The notes beneath the pieces are model-generated. The model ran no database searches. It saw only the letters and a program-made list of their open reading frames with translations, and had not been told where the DNA came from. Source: Patescibacteria group bacterium (GTDB lineage: Bacteria; Patescibacteriota; Patescibacteriia; UBA9570). Taken from it: a stretch of 64,000 nucleotides of DNA. Position 1 is the first letter of the stretch, and each line of letters opens with the position of its first letter. Both the position numbers and the translations under genes were made by a program. Of this stretch, positions 26,619 through 37,419 are shown piece by piece. The DNA is taken from the NCBI GenBank assembly GCA_041665365.1, contig JBAYIY010000002.1, positions 2,178 through 66,177 of the forward strand. Reading direction: 5' to 3'.

Positions 26619-28079
26619 TTATTTTAGTAAACTACGATAGAGTTTAGCATAAGCTAATGCGGATTTTTTCCAACTGTAATCCCCTTTCATACCATGCAGT
26701 ACTAATTGTTGCCATATGTCTGGTTCACGTTGATACACTTTAATGGCTCGTTTTAGTGTAGTTAACATGGCCGCACTGGAATACTTTGTAAAGACGAACC
26801 CATTATAGCCCTCGTGCACAGTGTCTTTTAAACCACCAGTGGCACGTACTACTGGCACGGCACCGTAACGCATCGCAATTAATTGCGCTAAGCCGCATGG
26901 TTCATGGCGTGACGGCATTAAAAAAATATCACTGCCGGCATAAACATATTGGCTAAAAGTGGTATCAAATTTATTATGAAAATGCCATTGCTCAGGACGA
27001 AGTTTGGCTACGGCTCGCAACACAGTAGTATAGCGTTTAATACCGTTACCACAAATCACATATTGTACCGGCAAACGAGACAATTCTGTGAGGGAATGAG
27101 TTATAAGATTCATGCCTTTGGGTGTATCGAGGCGAGTAACAATGCCGATAACTGGAATCTTGTTATTTATCGGTAAACCACATTGGCGTTGTAAAAATAT
27201 TTTATTTCTTTCCCGTTGTTTGATAGTGCGCCAGGAAAAATTAACCTGCACAGCTGGATCTACTGTGGGGTCAAAAAACTTAGTATCAATTCCATTTAAC
27301 ACAGAATAAAGATCAGATTGACGTTGTTGTAATAATAATTCGAAATCATTGCCATATTCCGGTGTAATAATTTCTTTAGCATATTGTGGGCTGACCGTAG
27401 TAATATAATCAGCTGACTTAATTCCAAGCCAGGACATGCGCGGACCCTTCGGACGTAATGCCTCTGTGAAATCAAATAATCTATATAGGGAGGGGGTAAA
27501 TTGTTCCCAAATTGGTTTTAGTAATGAACCGGCATAACCAAGATTATGAATGGTATAAATGGTTTTGAGATGAGATAAATTAAGATCATTGTGTAACAAA
27601 GCTACCAAAGGAGCCATGTGATAATCGTGTGCATGTATAATATTAAAATCTTTTGGCCGTTGACAAATGAAGGCATATACCGCATAACTAAAAAAAACAT
27701 ACCGTAGTGCCTGCCCAACAGCATCCTTGCTCGATACTAAACCGGTAAGTGGATTTAATACCGAAAAACCATCATAGATTTTTCCCTGACTAAGAAAATC
27801 AGGTTGTTGAAATAACAAAAGACTCATGGTTTTATAGCGCGCTTTCCACACAACTACACTATAAGACTGCTGACCAACTTTAACTGTTAAAGTCGTGATA
27901 CGCTCAAGACTATGTAAAGCCGGTCGAGGAATTTCTTCGTAAAATGGTAAGGCAATTACTAAACGATCAACCTGCTTTTGTAGTTCCAATGGTAATCCCC
28001 CAATCACATCGCCTAAACCACCGGCTTTAGCCAATGGCGCCATTTCCGCCGCCGCAAATAAGACGCGGGTTGGTTTCAT
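26619..28079 (-). CDS. glgA: Glycogen synthase (GT5)
   Basis: EMAPLAKAGGLGDV, HAHDYH, TIHN, MPSRHEPCGL, TGGLKDTV. Confidence 0.93.
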   Translation of the reverse strand: MKPTRVLFAAAEMAPLAKAGGLGDVIGGLPLELQKQVDRLVIALPFYEEIPRPALHSLERITTLTVKVGQQSYSVVVWKARYKTMSLLLFQQPDFLSQGKIYDGFSVLNPLTGLVSSKDAVGQALRYVFFSYAVYAFICQRPKDFNIIHAHDYHMAPLVALLHNDLNLSHLKTIYTIHNLGYAGSLLKPIWEQFTPSLYRLFDFTEALRPKGPRMSWLGIKSADYITTVSPQYAKEIITPEYGNDFELLLQQRQSDLYSVLNGIDTKFFDPTVDPAVQVNFSWRTIKQRERNKIFLQRQCGLPINNKIPVIGIVTRLDTPKGMNLITHSLTELSRLPVQYVICGNGIKRYTTVLRAVAKLRPEQWHFHNKFDTTFSQYVYAGSDIFLMPSRHEPCGLAQLIAMRYGAVPVVRATGGLKDTVHEGYNGFVFTKYSSAAMLTTLKRAIKVYQREPDIWQQLVLHGMKGDYSWKKSALAYAKLYRSLLK

Positions 28080-29194
28080 GACCGTTTTCTAAAATCTTTT
28101 AACGCTGCCTCATACACAACCTCATAATTTTTTGTCATGGTCGGCACGGAAAAGTTTTTTTCCACATGGTCACGACAAGCCTGACGGTTAATAGTTGGAA
28201 TCTTTTTAATCGCGCGCACCATTTCCGGCAGGGTACGCACAATGAAACCAGTTTTACCATCACGAATCAACTCTGGAGCCGCGCCATTTTTAAACGCAAT
28301 CACAGGTGTACCACAGGCCATAGCTTCGACTATGACTAAACCAAATGGTTCTTCCCATTTAATTGGTACCAGTAAAGCCTTAGCCTCACCATATAGTTTG
28401 ACAAGCTGGGTTTGGTTAATCTTGCCATAATGTTGCACATCCTGACTGTGTAATAATTTTGTCACAGTGGTTTTAAAATCATGTGGTACCGGTTGACGTG
28501 GATCAAACAGACCGGCTACTTTCATCGGATAATGGGCTAACTTGGCCGCTTGCAAAGCCACAGCAACGCCTTTTTCTGGAATAAACCGCCCACTATAAAA
28601 CAAGTAGTCTTTTGGTGACGGATTAAATTTGAATACCTGTGTGTCAATGCCATTATGAACCTTAGCAAAAAAAATATTTTTCGGTACGGCAGCTTGCTGA
28701 CGTTTTGAGATACTAACAAAATAATTGCCTGGTTGATTTTGAAAAAGTTGTAAAAAATAATTATTGAAGGCGGCGGCGGCACTGGCCGTGCGAAATAAAT
28801 TCTCATGCACAGTAATAATCTTTGGAACTCCCGGCATTAAGGCTAATAATGGTATTACTTCCTGCACAATATGAAAGTGCATGACATCTACTGGATGGGT
28901 TTGAATGTACTTGTAAATATCCTGCATCATCCGCTGTGAATACAGCACCGTGTGCTTACTACGAATAAATACATCAGCTACTTGTTTATTAACTGGCAAG
29001 TTAACAAAAGCTCTATAACCTAATGACTGTTTATGGGCTAGTGTGTGTGATTCTTTAGTACAAAAATAATCAACGTGGTGACCACGCGCCACTAACCCAC
29101 TAACCAAAGTGTCAGCTATAGCAATCGCCCCGTGAATAGTCCCTGCAGCTAATGGGGTGGGATATTCATTAGACGAATAAAAACCAATGCGCAT
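28076..29194 (-). CDS. GT4 glycosyltransferase
   Basis: HNGID, GRFIPEKG, WEEPFGLVIVEAMACGTPV. Confidence 0.92.
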   Translation of the reverse strand: MRIGFYSSNEYPTPLAAGTIHGAIAIADTLVSGLVARGHHVDYFCTKESHTLAHKQSLGYRAFVNLPVNKQVADVFIRSKHTVLYSQRMMQDIYKYIQTHPVDVMHFHIVQEVIPLLALMPGVPKIITVHENLFRTASAAAAFNNYFLQLFQNQPGNYFVSISKRQQAAVPKNIFFAKVHNGIDTQVFKFNPSPKDYLFYSGRFIPEKGVAVALQAAKLAHYPMKVAGLFDPRQPVPHDFKTTVTKLLHSQDVQHYGKINQTQLVKLYGEAKALLVPIKWEEPFGLVIVEAMACGTPVIAFKNGAAPELIRDGKTGFIVRTLPEMVRAIKKIPTINRQACRDHVEKNFSVPTMTKNYEVVYEAALKDFRKRS

Positions 29195-29197
29195 AAA

Positions 29198-30289
29198 TTA
29201 TTTTTTTAGATTATTCTGTAAAACTGCTTCATAAACCGATTGATATTTCTGAATCATTGAATTGTACGAAAATTTATTAACCACATGTTCACGACACTCA
29301 CGGCGGCTGATAGTAGAAACTTTTTTAATGGCGCGCACCATTTCAGGAATGGTGCTAACAATGAAACCAGTTTTACCATCTTTGATAATTTCCGGTACTG
29401 AACCCCGCTTAAAAGCAATCACCGGCGTACCACACGACATCGCTTCGATCATGACTAGGCCAAAGGCTTCTTCCCACTGAATCGGAAACAATAGCGCTTG
29501 CGCTTGACCATAATATTTGGCCAATGAGGCATAATCAGCTTTCTTGGTGTACTTAACGTATGGTTGATGTAACAAAACGGTCACTGATTGTTTAAATTCT
29601 TTCGCCAATTCCACGCGCGGATCAAAAAAACCGATCACATGAATTGGTCGATGCGCTTGTTGCGCCGCTTGCAAAGCAATGTCTACTCCTTTTTCCGGTA
29701 TAAATCTGCCACTGAACAAGACCTGATTAGTTGGAAATGGATTAAATTTGAATAAATTAGTATCGGTGCCATTATAGACATTGTCATAAAAAGATAATTC
29801 CGGCATACCCATTTGTTGCCGTTTTGAGATACTAACAAAGTATGTGTTCGGTGAGTTTTTATACAAACTCAGAAAAAAATTATATTGCGTGATAAATAAA
29901 CTATCATGCACCGTCACAATTTTTGGAGTATCCGGTAAAAACTGCATGAAGGGTAAAGCATCGCGCACATTATGTAAGTGAATAACATCCACCGGATGAT
30001 CGCGCAGATAGAGCGCCATATCTCGAGCCATGCGTTGGGCGTAATAGGATTTTGTCTGATAGCGCGCCTTACCACTGGGCACTGACATCGGTAAATTTAT
30101 ATATGAGTTATATCCTAATGATCTTTTATTAGCCTTGGTGGTAGAATCTTCTGAACAAAAAAATTCCACAGTATGCCCCATTTCAGTTAGGCCATCAGCT
30201 AAAGCGCCAGCCACAGTTACAACTCCATGAATATATCCAGCCGGTACGGGATAAGGATATTCATTGGTGGCGTAAATCGCGATGCGCAT
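29198..30289 (-). CDS. GT4 glycosyltransferase, tandem paralog
   Basis: GRFIPEKG, WEEAFGLVMIEAMSCGTPV; similar to the neighbouring gene throughout. Confidence 0.92.
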   Translation of the reverse strand: MRIAIYATNEYPYPVPAGYIHGVVTVAGALADGLTEMGHTVEFFCSEDSTTKANKRSLGYNSYINLPMSVPSGKARYQTKSYYAQRMARDMALYLRDHPVDVIHLHNVRDALPFMQFLPDTPKIVTVHDSLFITQYNFFLSLYKNSPNTYFVSISKRQQMGMPELSFYDNVYNGTDTNLFKFNPFPTNQVLFSGRFIPEKGVDIALQAAQQAHRPIHVIGFFDPRVELAKEFKQSVTVLLHQPYVKYTKKADYASLAKYYGQAQALLFPIQWEEAFGLVMIEAMSCGTPVIAFKRGSVPEIIKDGKTGFIVSTIPEMVRAIKKVSTISRRECREHVVNKFSYNSMIQKYQSVYEAVLQNNLKK

Positions 30290-30294
30290 ATAAT

Positions 30295-32061
30295 TTAAAT
30301 TGGTCTAGTTCTATAATTGCGTCTCCAATTATGTTCGTGTTTTCCCATACTTTCTGCTTCTAAGGCTGGCCGGTACATGATATCAATATACTCAGACAGC
30401 ATCCGTTCGGCAGAAAAATTACCCCAGATTAAACCGATGGTTAACTTCATCCGATTCACCCACTCCACCGGTATTTTGTCAGCATTTCTGTTGTAGTACA
30501 GCGGTACGATATCAGTTTCGAGCATTTTATAAAGCGCTAGAGCCGTTTGCGCCTCAGGTAATATCCAACCAATTCCCTCCAGATCAACTTCATCAACCCA
30601 GCCATCACTGACCGAGCATTGCAAGACACCATTCGCTCCCGCCTTCATACCACTGGTACCACTTGCCTCTTCACCACGGCGGGGCGTATTAATCCATAGA
30701 TCGACACCCGATACCAAAACACTGGCTAATGAAATTGTGTAGTTCTGTATAAAAACAATGTTAGCACTTAACTTCTGGTCTTTAATTATTTTTATTATAT
30801 TGTGAATGTGAGAATGACCAATGACGTCCCCCGGGTGAGCTTTACCGGCCATAATTAGCTGCACTGGTTTATCGGCATTATTAACAATGGCGCGCAATTT
30901 TTCGATATCAGAAAAAAGTAACTCCGGTTGTTTGTAATCAGCAAAGCGCCGCGCCCAGGTCATAATTAAAGCGTCCGGGTTTAAAACATGACCAGTTTGA
31001 AATTTAACTTCATCCACCAACCTCTTCTTAGCCATCAGATGTAATTGCCAAAGCTCGTGCGGTGGCAAAGCATTTATCGCCGTACTATCAAACTGTGGTG
31101 CCTGGGCTTTAAGATCAGGGTTAACCCAATGTGGCAGATTTACACCATTAGTAATGGCGATCATGTCTTTGTCTGGCCAAATCAATTTAGCTCGGACACT
31201 GTGCAGTTTACTAACAGCATTAATGCGGCTAGCCATGTTAAGAGCCAAAACCGTTAAACTAAATTGGGTTGGATCGGCTGCTAACTGACCTTTTTTTAAA
31301 ACATCATCCATGGCTAAACTGATATGTTTGGTATAGGCAGATAACTGCTCTGTTACAACTGTCGCTGGAAAACATTCATTACCCGCCGCCACTAAGGTAT
31401 GATTAGTAAACACAATTTTTTGTCGACCATACTCATAGGCTTGATCAAATGACATACCATACTCGTCCATATAGTGATGAGCAATTTCCAAAATAGCCAA
31501 AGCTGAATGACTTTCATTGAGATGATAAATCGAGGGATGAATATGCAACTCCATCAAAGCGCGCACACCACCAATGCCTAAAATAATTTCTTGTAAAAAC
31601 CGAACATCAGTGCGCGTATCATATAGGCGTTGCGTAATCAGACGATCAGTGGGAGAATTTTCCGGCACATCGGTATCTAATAAATACACCGACACATCTC
31701 CCTGACAGTATTCCCAAATTTGAATAGTGACCTCCCGATCTTGAATCGGCACACGCACCAAAATGCGCTCCCCTTCGGTATTAACCACCAATTCAATCGG
31801 CGCATCCGATGATTCTAAAATTGGATAATACTCTTTTTGTTCGCCAGCTAAAGTTATTGATTGCTTAAAATACCCCGCCTTATAGAGCAAACCAACCGCC
31901 ACAAACGGTAAATTCAAATCATTGGCCTGGCGCACAATATCACCAGCCAACACACCTAAACCCCCGGAATAAATCGGTAAACGATCATCCAAAGCAAACT
32001 CGGCACTCATGTAAGCTAACGGGTGTTGCGCTAAAGTAGTTCGAAAGGCACGTAAATCCAC
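30295..32061 (-). CDS. glgP: Alpha-glucan phosphorylase (GT35)
   Basis: YSGGLGVLAGD, HLNESH, ITNGV, ARRFADYK, EASGTSGMKA. Confidence 0.93.
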   Translation of the reverse strand: MDLRAFRTTLAQHPLAYMSAEFALDDRLPIYSGGLGVLAGDIVRQANDLNLPFVAVGLLYKAGYFKQSITLAGEQKEYYPILESSDAPIELVVNTEGERILVRVPIQDREVTIQIWEYCQGDVSVYLLDTDVPENSPTDRLITQRLYDTRTDVRFLQEIILGIGGVRALMELHIHPSIYHLNESHSALAILEIAHHYMDEYGMSFDQAYEYGRQKIVFTNHTLVAAGNECFPATVVTEQLSAYTKHISLAMDDVLKKGQLAADPTQFSLTVLALNMASRINAVSKLHSVRAKLIWPDKDMIAITNGVNLPHWVNPDLKAQAPQFDSTAINALPPHELWQLHLMAKKRLVDEVKFQTGHVLNPDALIMTWARRFADYKQPELLFSDIEKLRAIVNNADKPVQLIMAGKAHPGDVIGHSHIHNIIKIIKDQKLSANIVFIQNYTISLASVLVSGVDLWINTPRRGEEASGTSGMKAGANGVLQCSVSDGWVDEVDLEGIGWILPEAQTALALYKMLETDIVPLYYNRNADKIPVEWVNRMKLTIGLIWGNFSAERMLSEYIDIMYRPALEAESMGKHEHNWRRNYRTRPI

Positions 32062-32115
32062 GGCTGAATTATAACAGAAAAAATGAATGTTTACAAGCCT
32101 TTATTAAATATATTT

Positions 32116-33267
32116 CTAAAATAAAGTCACTTTATCTCGAACCGCGCGATAAGCTAAAATATATAAAGCCGCCGACCAAACCTGCTGGGCGCGACCAAGC
32201 GGTTGACCAGTCATACCATCTAACCACTCATTACAATCGGTTTGTATAATTATTTCGGCCAACTTGTTTAATAGTGTTTCAGCTTTATTTTTTTGTTTGT
32301 CTTTTAATAAAGTCAACACCGACCAACCACCAATAAACGGCCAACTGCCACCATTGTGATAATGATTTGGCAAATTCAAATCCCGCTTACGAAAGTACTC
32401 ACGCCAATAAGTTTCCCCGGGTTGAATGGTTGGATAAATCGCTTTAGCCGGATACGGTAAAAAAATATCATGCTGCTCGGCATAGTTAAAGATAGCCTGG
32501 GTTTGCTTGGTATCAGTGAGATCAAATAAAACAGCTAACATATTACCTAAGGTATCAAACCAAGTACCGGCTTCATGAAACCCACGCCAAGCCAGCAAAT
32601 ACGGATACTTATGAACCAATTGAGCATTTTCCTGCTGAAATATCTGGGCGTATTCTAAACTAACTGGATTAACTAATTTACTCGTATCAACTGAGCTAAG
32701 TTCATACGTCCAAAAATATTTTTGCATGCTCTCCTGCACAAGGTTAGCCTGAGTTTGGTCACCAGCTATTTTTAAAGCATAATAATACAAAACATTGTCA
32801 TATAACACTTTACCGTGTGTGGGAAATAAATCTTGCCAATCTCCGGCCTCCTGTATGGATAACACACCAGATTGATCCACATCTTGATTCGACAACCACT
32901 GTAGAGCTTGTTCTGCTGCTGGATAGTATTCTTCTAAGTGCAATGCATGGACTACAATAACAAACCAGAGCGTTCCATCGATGGTGGCTTGGTAATCAGC
33001 CTGTTTGGCGGTGGCATCAACATTGTTTGGCAACATGCCCAATGACGTCTGAAAATGTTGGAGTGTTTTGATAGATGCTTTTGCGGTATTTAATAAATCT
33101 GTATCACCGGATACTTGGGCCGCTAAGGCAGCCATTAAACTATCCCGCGCCCAGATTTCACTATACCCATCAATTTTGCCAGAGGCTTTAAACCCAATTG
33201 GTGTACAACAGGCGCGCAATGTATTTAGAGCTATTTGGTAAGCTTGATCCATATCAGTAGCGTACAA
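32116..33267 (-). CDS. (alpha/alpha)6 glycoside hydrolase (GH100 / amylo-alpha-1,6-glucosidase-like)
   Basis: IWARDS, YHNGGSWP, NEWLDG..G.P.G..QVWSA. Confidence 0.8.
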   Translation of the reverse strand: MYATDMDQAYQIALNTLRACCTPIGFKASGKIDGYSEIWARDSLMAALAAQVSGDTDLLNTAKASIKTLQHFQTSLGMLPNNVDATAKQADYQATIDGTLWFVIVVHALHLEEYYPAAEQALQWLSNQDVDQSGVLSIQEAGDWQDLFPTHGKVLYDNVLYYYALKIAGDQTQANLVQESMQKYFWTYELSSVDTSKLVNPVSLEYAQIFQQENAQLVHKYPYLLAWRGFHEAGTWFDTLGNMLAVLFDLTDTKQTQAIFNYAEQHDIFLPYPAKAIYPTIQPGETYWREYFRKRDLNLPNHYHNGGSWPFIGGWSVLTLLKDKQKNKAETLLNKLAEIIIQTDCNEWLDGMTGQPLGRAQQVWSAALYILAYRAVRDKVTLF

Positions 33268-33292
33268 TACCTAAGTTTGCTAGTCTATAGCT

Positions 33293-33973
33293 ATGTTATT
33301 TTTATTAGATTATGACCATACATTATTAGATGACGAAATTGAACATGCTGGAGTTCGTCAGTTGATTACCGCACTAACTAATAATCCAAAAAATATTGTC
33401 GTCATTATTAGTGGACGCGCCCATGATGTGCTTGATGAAAAATTTCACGGTTTACGTTGTGCTCTTTCGGCCGAACATGGGATTTGGCGAAAAGACCCTG
33501 ACCAACCTTGGAATTTAACACAGCAAATCAAGTTAGATTGGAAAGATCCGGTGCGCCAATGTTTTCAGGCTATCGTTGCTTGCACGAGTGATTCTCTCTT
33601 TGAGGAAAAACCGTATGGGTTTGTGTGGCATAATAAAAAAGTATCACCTGATATTAGACAAAATCGTATGCAGCAACTAGTTACTAGTTTAACTCCATAT
33701 TTAACACGTTATCATCTACGCATTATTATTGGACACAGTTTAATTGAACTTGTCCCAGACAGTGTTAATAAAGGTCGCGCCACGCTGTATTGGTTACAAC
33801 GCTACCCGGAAAAAGATATTTTGGCCGCCGGCGATGATACCACCGATGAAGACATGTTTAGTGTTTTACCAGACAATGCCATAACTATCAGAGTTGGCGC
33901 CGGTGCAACTAAAGCCAAACAAAGAGTACCTAACCCAACGGCTCTACACACTTTACTTAGACAGTTCGTTTAG
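33293..33973 (+). CDS. Trehalose-6-phosphate phosphatase-like HAD hydrolase
   Basis: LDYDHT, ISGR, AEHG, EEK, NKG, GDDTTDEDMF. Confidence 0.85.
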   Translation: MLFLLDYDHTLLDDEIEHAGVRQLITALTNNPKNIVVIISGRAHDVLDEKFHGLRCALSAEHGIWRKDPDQPWNLTQQIKLDWKDPVRQCFQAIVACTSDSLFEEKPYGFVWHNKKVSPDIRQNRMQQLVTSLTPYLTRYHLRIIIGHSLIELVPDSVNKGRATLYWLQRYPEKDILAAGDDTTDEDMFSVLPDNAITIRVGAGATKAKQRVPNPTALHTLLRQFV

Positions 33974-34766
33974 TCTTATCGTATTCAGTCATTTTCCGCC
34001 ACTGAGATTGCAAGTCAGTTTCTAATGGCGAACGTGGTTTTGGTAATAAATTATATTTCACACCCTCCCCGGCCGCGATTGCCGCGACAATATCCTTACT
34101 GACTCGCTGTTTAAAATCACCGGCGCTATACCGTGGCGTTAATCTGGAACCATAACAGATTGAAAAAAAACTCATGCCTAACGCATACCAATCCGCCCAC
34201 TCATCTAAAGTTTTACCCGCCACATGTTCGGGTGACATATACTGTGGTGTTCCCTCCACCGGTAACTGCGGAGTTGTTTCCGGTAAGCGCCGCGCATGAT
34301 CCCAATCGACTAACCACACTTTATTATCTTTATCCACCACAATGTTTTGTGGTTTCATATCACCATGCATGATGTTTTTATTGTGAGTCATTTTTAATAT
34401 CTCCACACATTGTTTAAACCACCTCTCCACCCACGGTAACAGCTTTATTTGCTCATCAACCGGACGATCCACGCGCACGTATTGTCCGAGTTGAAACTGT
34501 GTATCTATATACTTAACAAAATGCACCTGATTGTGATAAGCCACCGATTGTGGAATACCCGGAATACCGGATAAATCCTGTAAGATTTTTTGTTCCGATA
34601 ACAAAGCCTGATTAGCCTCTTTACTGGTAGCACACTTAGCCACTAATAATTCTTTAGTAGTTTTGTCTTCAACCAAATAAACCTCATGCCCGCGATGTGG
34701 TGAAGTTAATAAATTTTGTTTGATGATATAATTTTCTCCAAAGTCTTGACCAGTTGACAAATTCAT
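33957..34766 (-). CDS. Hanks-type Ser/Thr protein kinase, cytoplasmic
   Basis: VAK, HGDMKPQN, DWD in place of DFG, GTPQYMSPE, DWYALG. Confidence 0.88.
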   Translation of the reverse strand: MNLSTGQDFGENYIIKQNLLTSPHRGHEVYLVEDKTTKELLVAKCATSKEANQALLSEQKILQDLSGIPGIPQSVAYHNQVHFVKYIDTQFQLGQYVRVDRPVDEQIKLLPWVERWFKQCVEILKMTHNKNIMHGDMKPQNIVVDKDNKVWLVDWDHARRLPETTPQLPVEGTPQYMSPEHVAGKTLDEWADWYALGMSFFSICYGSRLTPRYSAGDFKQRVSKDIVAAIAAGEGVKYNLLPKPRSPLETDLQSQWRKMTEYDKTKRTV

Positions 34767-34877
34767 AAAAATGTGATAAATTTACTCTCGTATCATGTTA
34801 CTAGCTTTCATTAAAGCAACAAAACATGAAATGAACAACTCTAATAACATTTAATATAATAAATAAACTATACATAT

Positions 34878-35621
34878 ATGGTTGCAAGAATGGAAATTTT
34901 TAAACCACAAAGACAGGAAGATCCTGAGTCTGCAACTACTCAACCAATTAATCGAGAAGAGGCGGCAATTCAGACGACTGAAAATAGACCACCAGTAGAT
35001 GAATCAGAACTACCAACAGTTAAATTAAGTGAGGCAGAAGAAGCCTCCACAGAATTAGATGTTAAGGATTATTTGGTAGAAGATGATGAGACTCCAACGG
35101 ATAGGGTGCCAATACCACAAGCAAACGAAGGCGAAGAAACTGAAGGTGAAGAAACTGACAAAAAAGTTGCTGCTATGTTTACAAGTGATGATTCTACACC
35201 GGCCGATGTTGATGTAAGTAAAGTTAGATCAATGTTTGAACCTGGTGTAATCACTCCAAACAACATGACCCAAGATGAAATAAGAGAACAATCCGACCAA
35301 TGGTATTTAGAAGAAAAAGCCATAGCGGATATGTTGGGTCTTGATGAAGAAGTTGAAGAAATAGATATGGAAGTCTTACAGACAGAGGCCGCTAAAGCTG
35401 TTGGTCCAGAAAAATCTGTCGGATTAATGGAACAAATTCGCAACATGGCTGATAAAAGATTAAAAGTTGCCAGTTTAGTACTAGCTATGGCTGGCGCTGC
35501 AACTGGAGTGGAAGCACTAAATAATGCCTTGGCCAAGTCTCAAGTAGAAGAAGTAACTAGTGGTGAGATCACACAATTTGTGTTAAAACATCCTGAGTTA
35601 TTGGGATATAATAAAAACTAA
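34878..35621 (+). CDS. Acidic, largely disordered hypothetical protein
   Basis: E/D/T-rich 247-aa ORF with a hydrophobic segment near the C-terminus. Confidence 0.7.
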   Translation: MVARMEIFKPQRQEDPESATTQPINREEAAIQTTENRPPVDESELPTVKLSEAEEASTELDVKDYLVEDDETPTDRVPIPQANEGEETEGEETDKKVAAMFTSDDSTPADVDVSKVRSMFEPGVITPNNMTQDEIREQSDQWYLEEKAIADMLGLDEEVEEIDMEVLQTEAAKAVGPEKSVGLMEQIRNMADKRLKVASLVLAMAGAATGVEALNNALAKSQVEEVTSGEITQFVLKHPELLGYNKN

Positions 35622-35626
35622 CATTC

Positions 35627-35854
35627 ATGGAGCCCAAACCAGTATTTCGCCCACAACCATTGGCCGTTGATCCAATAGTTGAAGAACATGTTGGGGATTA
35701 TGATACTAAAAAAGCAAGAAAGTTGGCAGAACATCGTAAGGCATTTGAGGCTGCTAAAGCACTAACTCTAGCCTTACAAGAAGCAAAAAAAACATCATCT
35801 GATGTTTATCCACCACTGGATTCTGATGATGATATTTCGAAAAACGAGAAATAG
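35627..35854 (+). CDS. Small hypothetical protein
   Basis: 75-aa ORF 5 nt downstream of the previous gene and followed by a terminator-like hairpin. Confidence 0.55.
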   Translation: MEPKPVFRPQPLAVDPIVEEHVGDYDTKKARKLAEHRKAFEAAKALTLALQEAKKTSSDVYPPLDSDDDISKNEK

Positions 35855-35855
35855 T

Positions 35856-35897
35856 ATCTAAACAAACACCCGGCTTGAGCCGGGTGTTTGTTTAGAT
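35856..35897. terminator. Bidirectional hairpin terminator
   Basis: ATCTAAACAAACACCCGGCT-TG-AGCCGGGTGTTTGTTTAGAT between convergent genes. Confidence 0.8.
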
Positions 35898-37418
35898 GAG
35901 ATATTTATTCTTTTTTAGTGTTTCCACTAAAACTGTTTTGCTATCAAGTTTAATGGCTCCCCTAACAGATGCTACGGTAGTTAACACGAACACTTTATGT
36001 TTCAGTAATAATTTCACTAATACAGGAGCATGTTTAATATCTTTAGCTGACACAATTTCGTAAGACACACCTAATTTTTTTAATTGTTGAGCAGCATGTT
36101 TCAGGAATTTTGGTGAACCGGAAATAAGACCGGCTTTTTTCACTTGCACAGTTGATTTAGTAACGGCTACTTTAACACCTTTAACAGGTGCGATAATTAC
36201 TCCGGCACCAACGGTGGCATTAGTGAGCTCATCAATAATAATAAAAGCACCGGTATTGCGGTTTTTATAATACGGATCAAACATTAACGGTTGACTAGTA
36301 GTGATATACACCCGACCGATTTCGTTAAACTGTAACGCCTTAGCTGGTTCACGATGATAGCTATCAATGTTTAAACGATACCGCAGCGTATCAATCTGGC
36401 CTCTGGTGGTTCTGGTGGTATGTTTAATAATATAGCTTCTTTTGGGTTGCATGGGCTCTTCAGAAAACCAACACATAGTAGCTTCAAATTTATTAGCCAC
36501 TTCCGGCACGTTTTGTTCGCGCACAATCATGTCACCGCGGGAAATGTCCCGTTCATCAGTTAGAGTTAAAACAACAGATTGCCCAGAGAAAGCCTCGGTT
36601 TGGTTTTTATCATCATAGATGACTGACTTAATTTTGGAGGCTTTACCCGATGGTAAAATACTCACCTTATCCCCCACGCGCACAATGCCACCTTCAACTC
36701 TACCGGCATAACCACGAAAATTTTGATTAGGCCGAATAACGTATTGCACGGGAAATCTAAAATCAATTAAGTTGCGATCGCTCACAATTTGCACGTTCTC
36801 GAGATAATCATACAAGGTGGCCCCTTGATACCAGTTCATGTTATTGCCTCGATTCACTACCATATCACCCCGTAACGCTGAGATCGGCATAATCTGAAGA
36901 TCTTCAATGTGTAACCGAGTGGCGCATTGAATAACATCTTTTTTTATAGCCTCAAATATTTCCTGACTATACTCAACATCATCAATTTTGTTGACTACTA
37001 CTAAAATATGCGGGATAGATAACAAACTAGCCACAAACAAATGTCGCTTAGTTTGGGTGAGCAACCCATGCCGAGCATCTACTAAAATGATAGCAATATC
37101 AGCGGTAGAGGCACCGGTCACCATGTTGCGGGTATACTGCTCATGGCCAGGCACGTCAGCAATAATAAAACGTCTTTTCTGCGTGGTGAAATAACGGTAA
37201 GCGACATCGATCGTAATTTTTTGTTCACGCTCAGCCGATAAACCGTCAGTGATTAAAGATAAATCTATCTCTTGACCGGAGGTTTGACTGGCTTTCTTAA
37301 TAGCATCCAGTTGATCTTGAAAAATGGCGTTACAATCAAATAGTAACCGACCAATCAAGGTGGATTTACCATCATCGACACTGCCCGCGGTTGTAATTCT
37401 AACTAGTTCTAGTGCCAT
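35892..37418 (-). CDS. cysN: Sulfate adenylyltransferase large subunit
   Basis: GSVDDGKSTLIGRLL, EREQKITIDVAYRYF, DVPGHEQYTRNM, NKID. Start at the ATG at 37418. Confidence 0.95.
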   Translation of the reverse strand: MALELVRITTAGSVDDGKSTLIGRLLFDCNAIFQDQLDAIKKASQTSGQEIDLSLITDGLSAEREQKITIDVAYRYFTTQKRRFIIADVPGHEQYTRNMVTGASTADIAIILVDARHGLLTQTKRHLFVASLLSIPHILVVVNKIDDVEYSQEIFEAIKKDVIQCATRLHIEDLQIMPISALRGDMVVNRGNNMNWYQGATLYDYLENVQIVSDRNLIDFRFPVQYVIRPNQNFRGYAGRVEGGIVRVGDKVSILPSGKASKIKSVIYDDKNQTEAFSGQSVVLTLTDERDISRGDMIVREQNVPEVANKFEATMCWFSEEPMQPKRSYIIKHTTRTTRGQIDTLRYRLNIDSYHREPAKALQFNEIGRVYITTSQPLMFDPYYKNRNTGAFIIIDELTNATVGAGVIIAPVKGVKVAVTKSTVQVKKAGLISGSPKFLKHAAQQLKKLGVSYEIVSAKDIKHAPVLVKLLLKHKVFVLTTVASVRGAIKLDSKTVLVETLKKNKYLI

Positions 37419-37419
37419 A

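Noticed and set aside
35069-35536. 155-aa minus-strand ORF
   Set aside because: Antisense shadow of the acidic protein gene.
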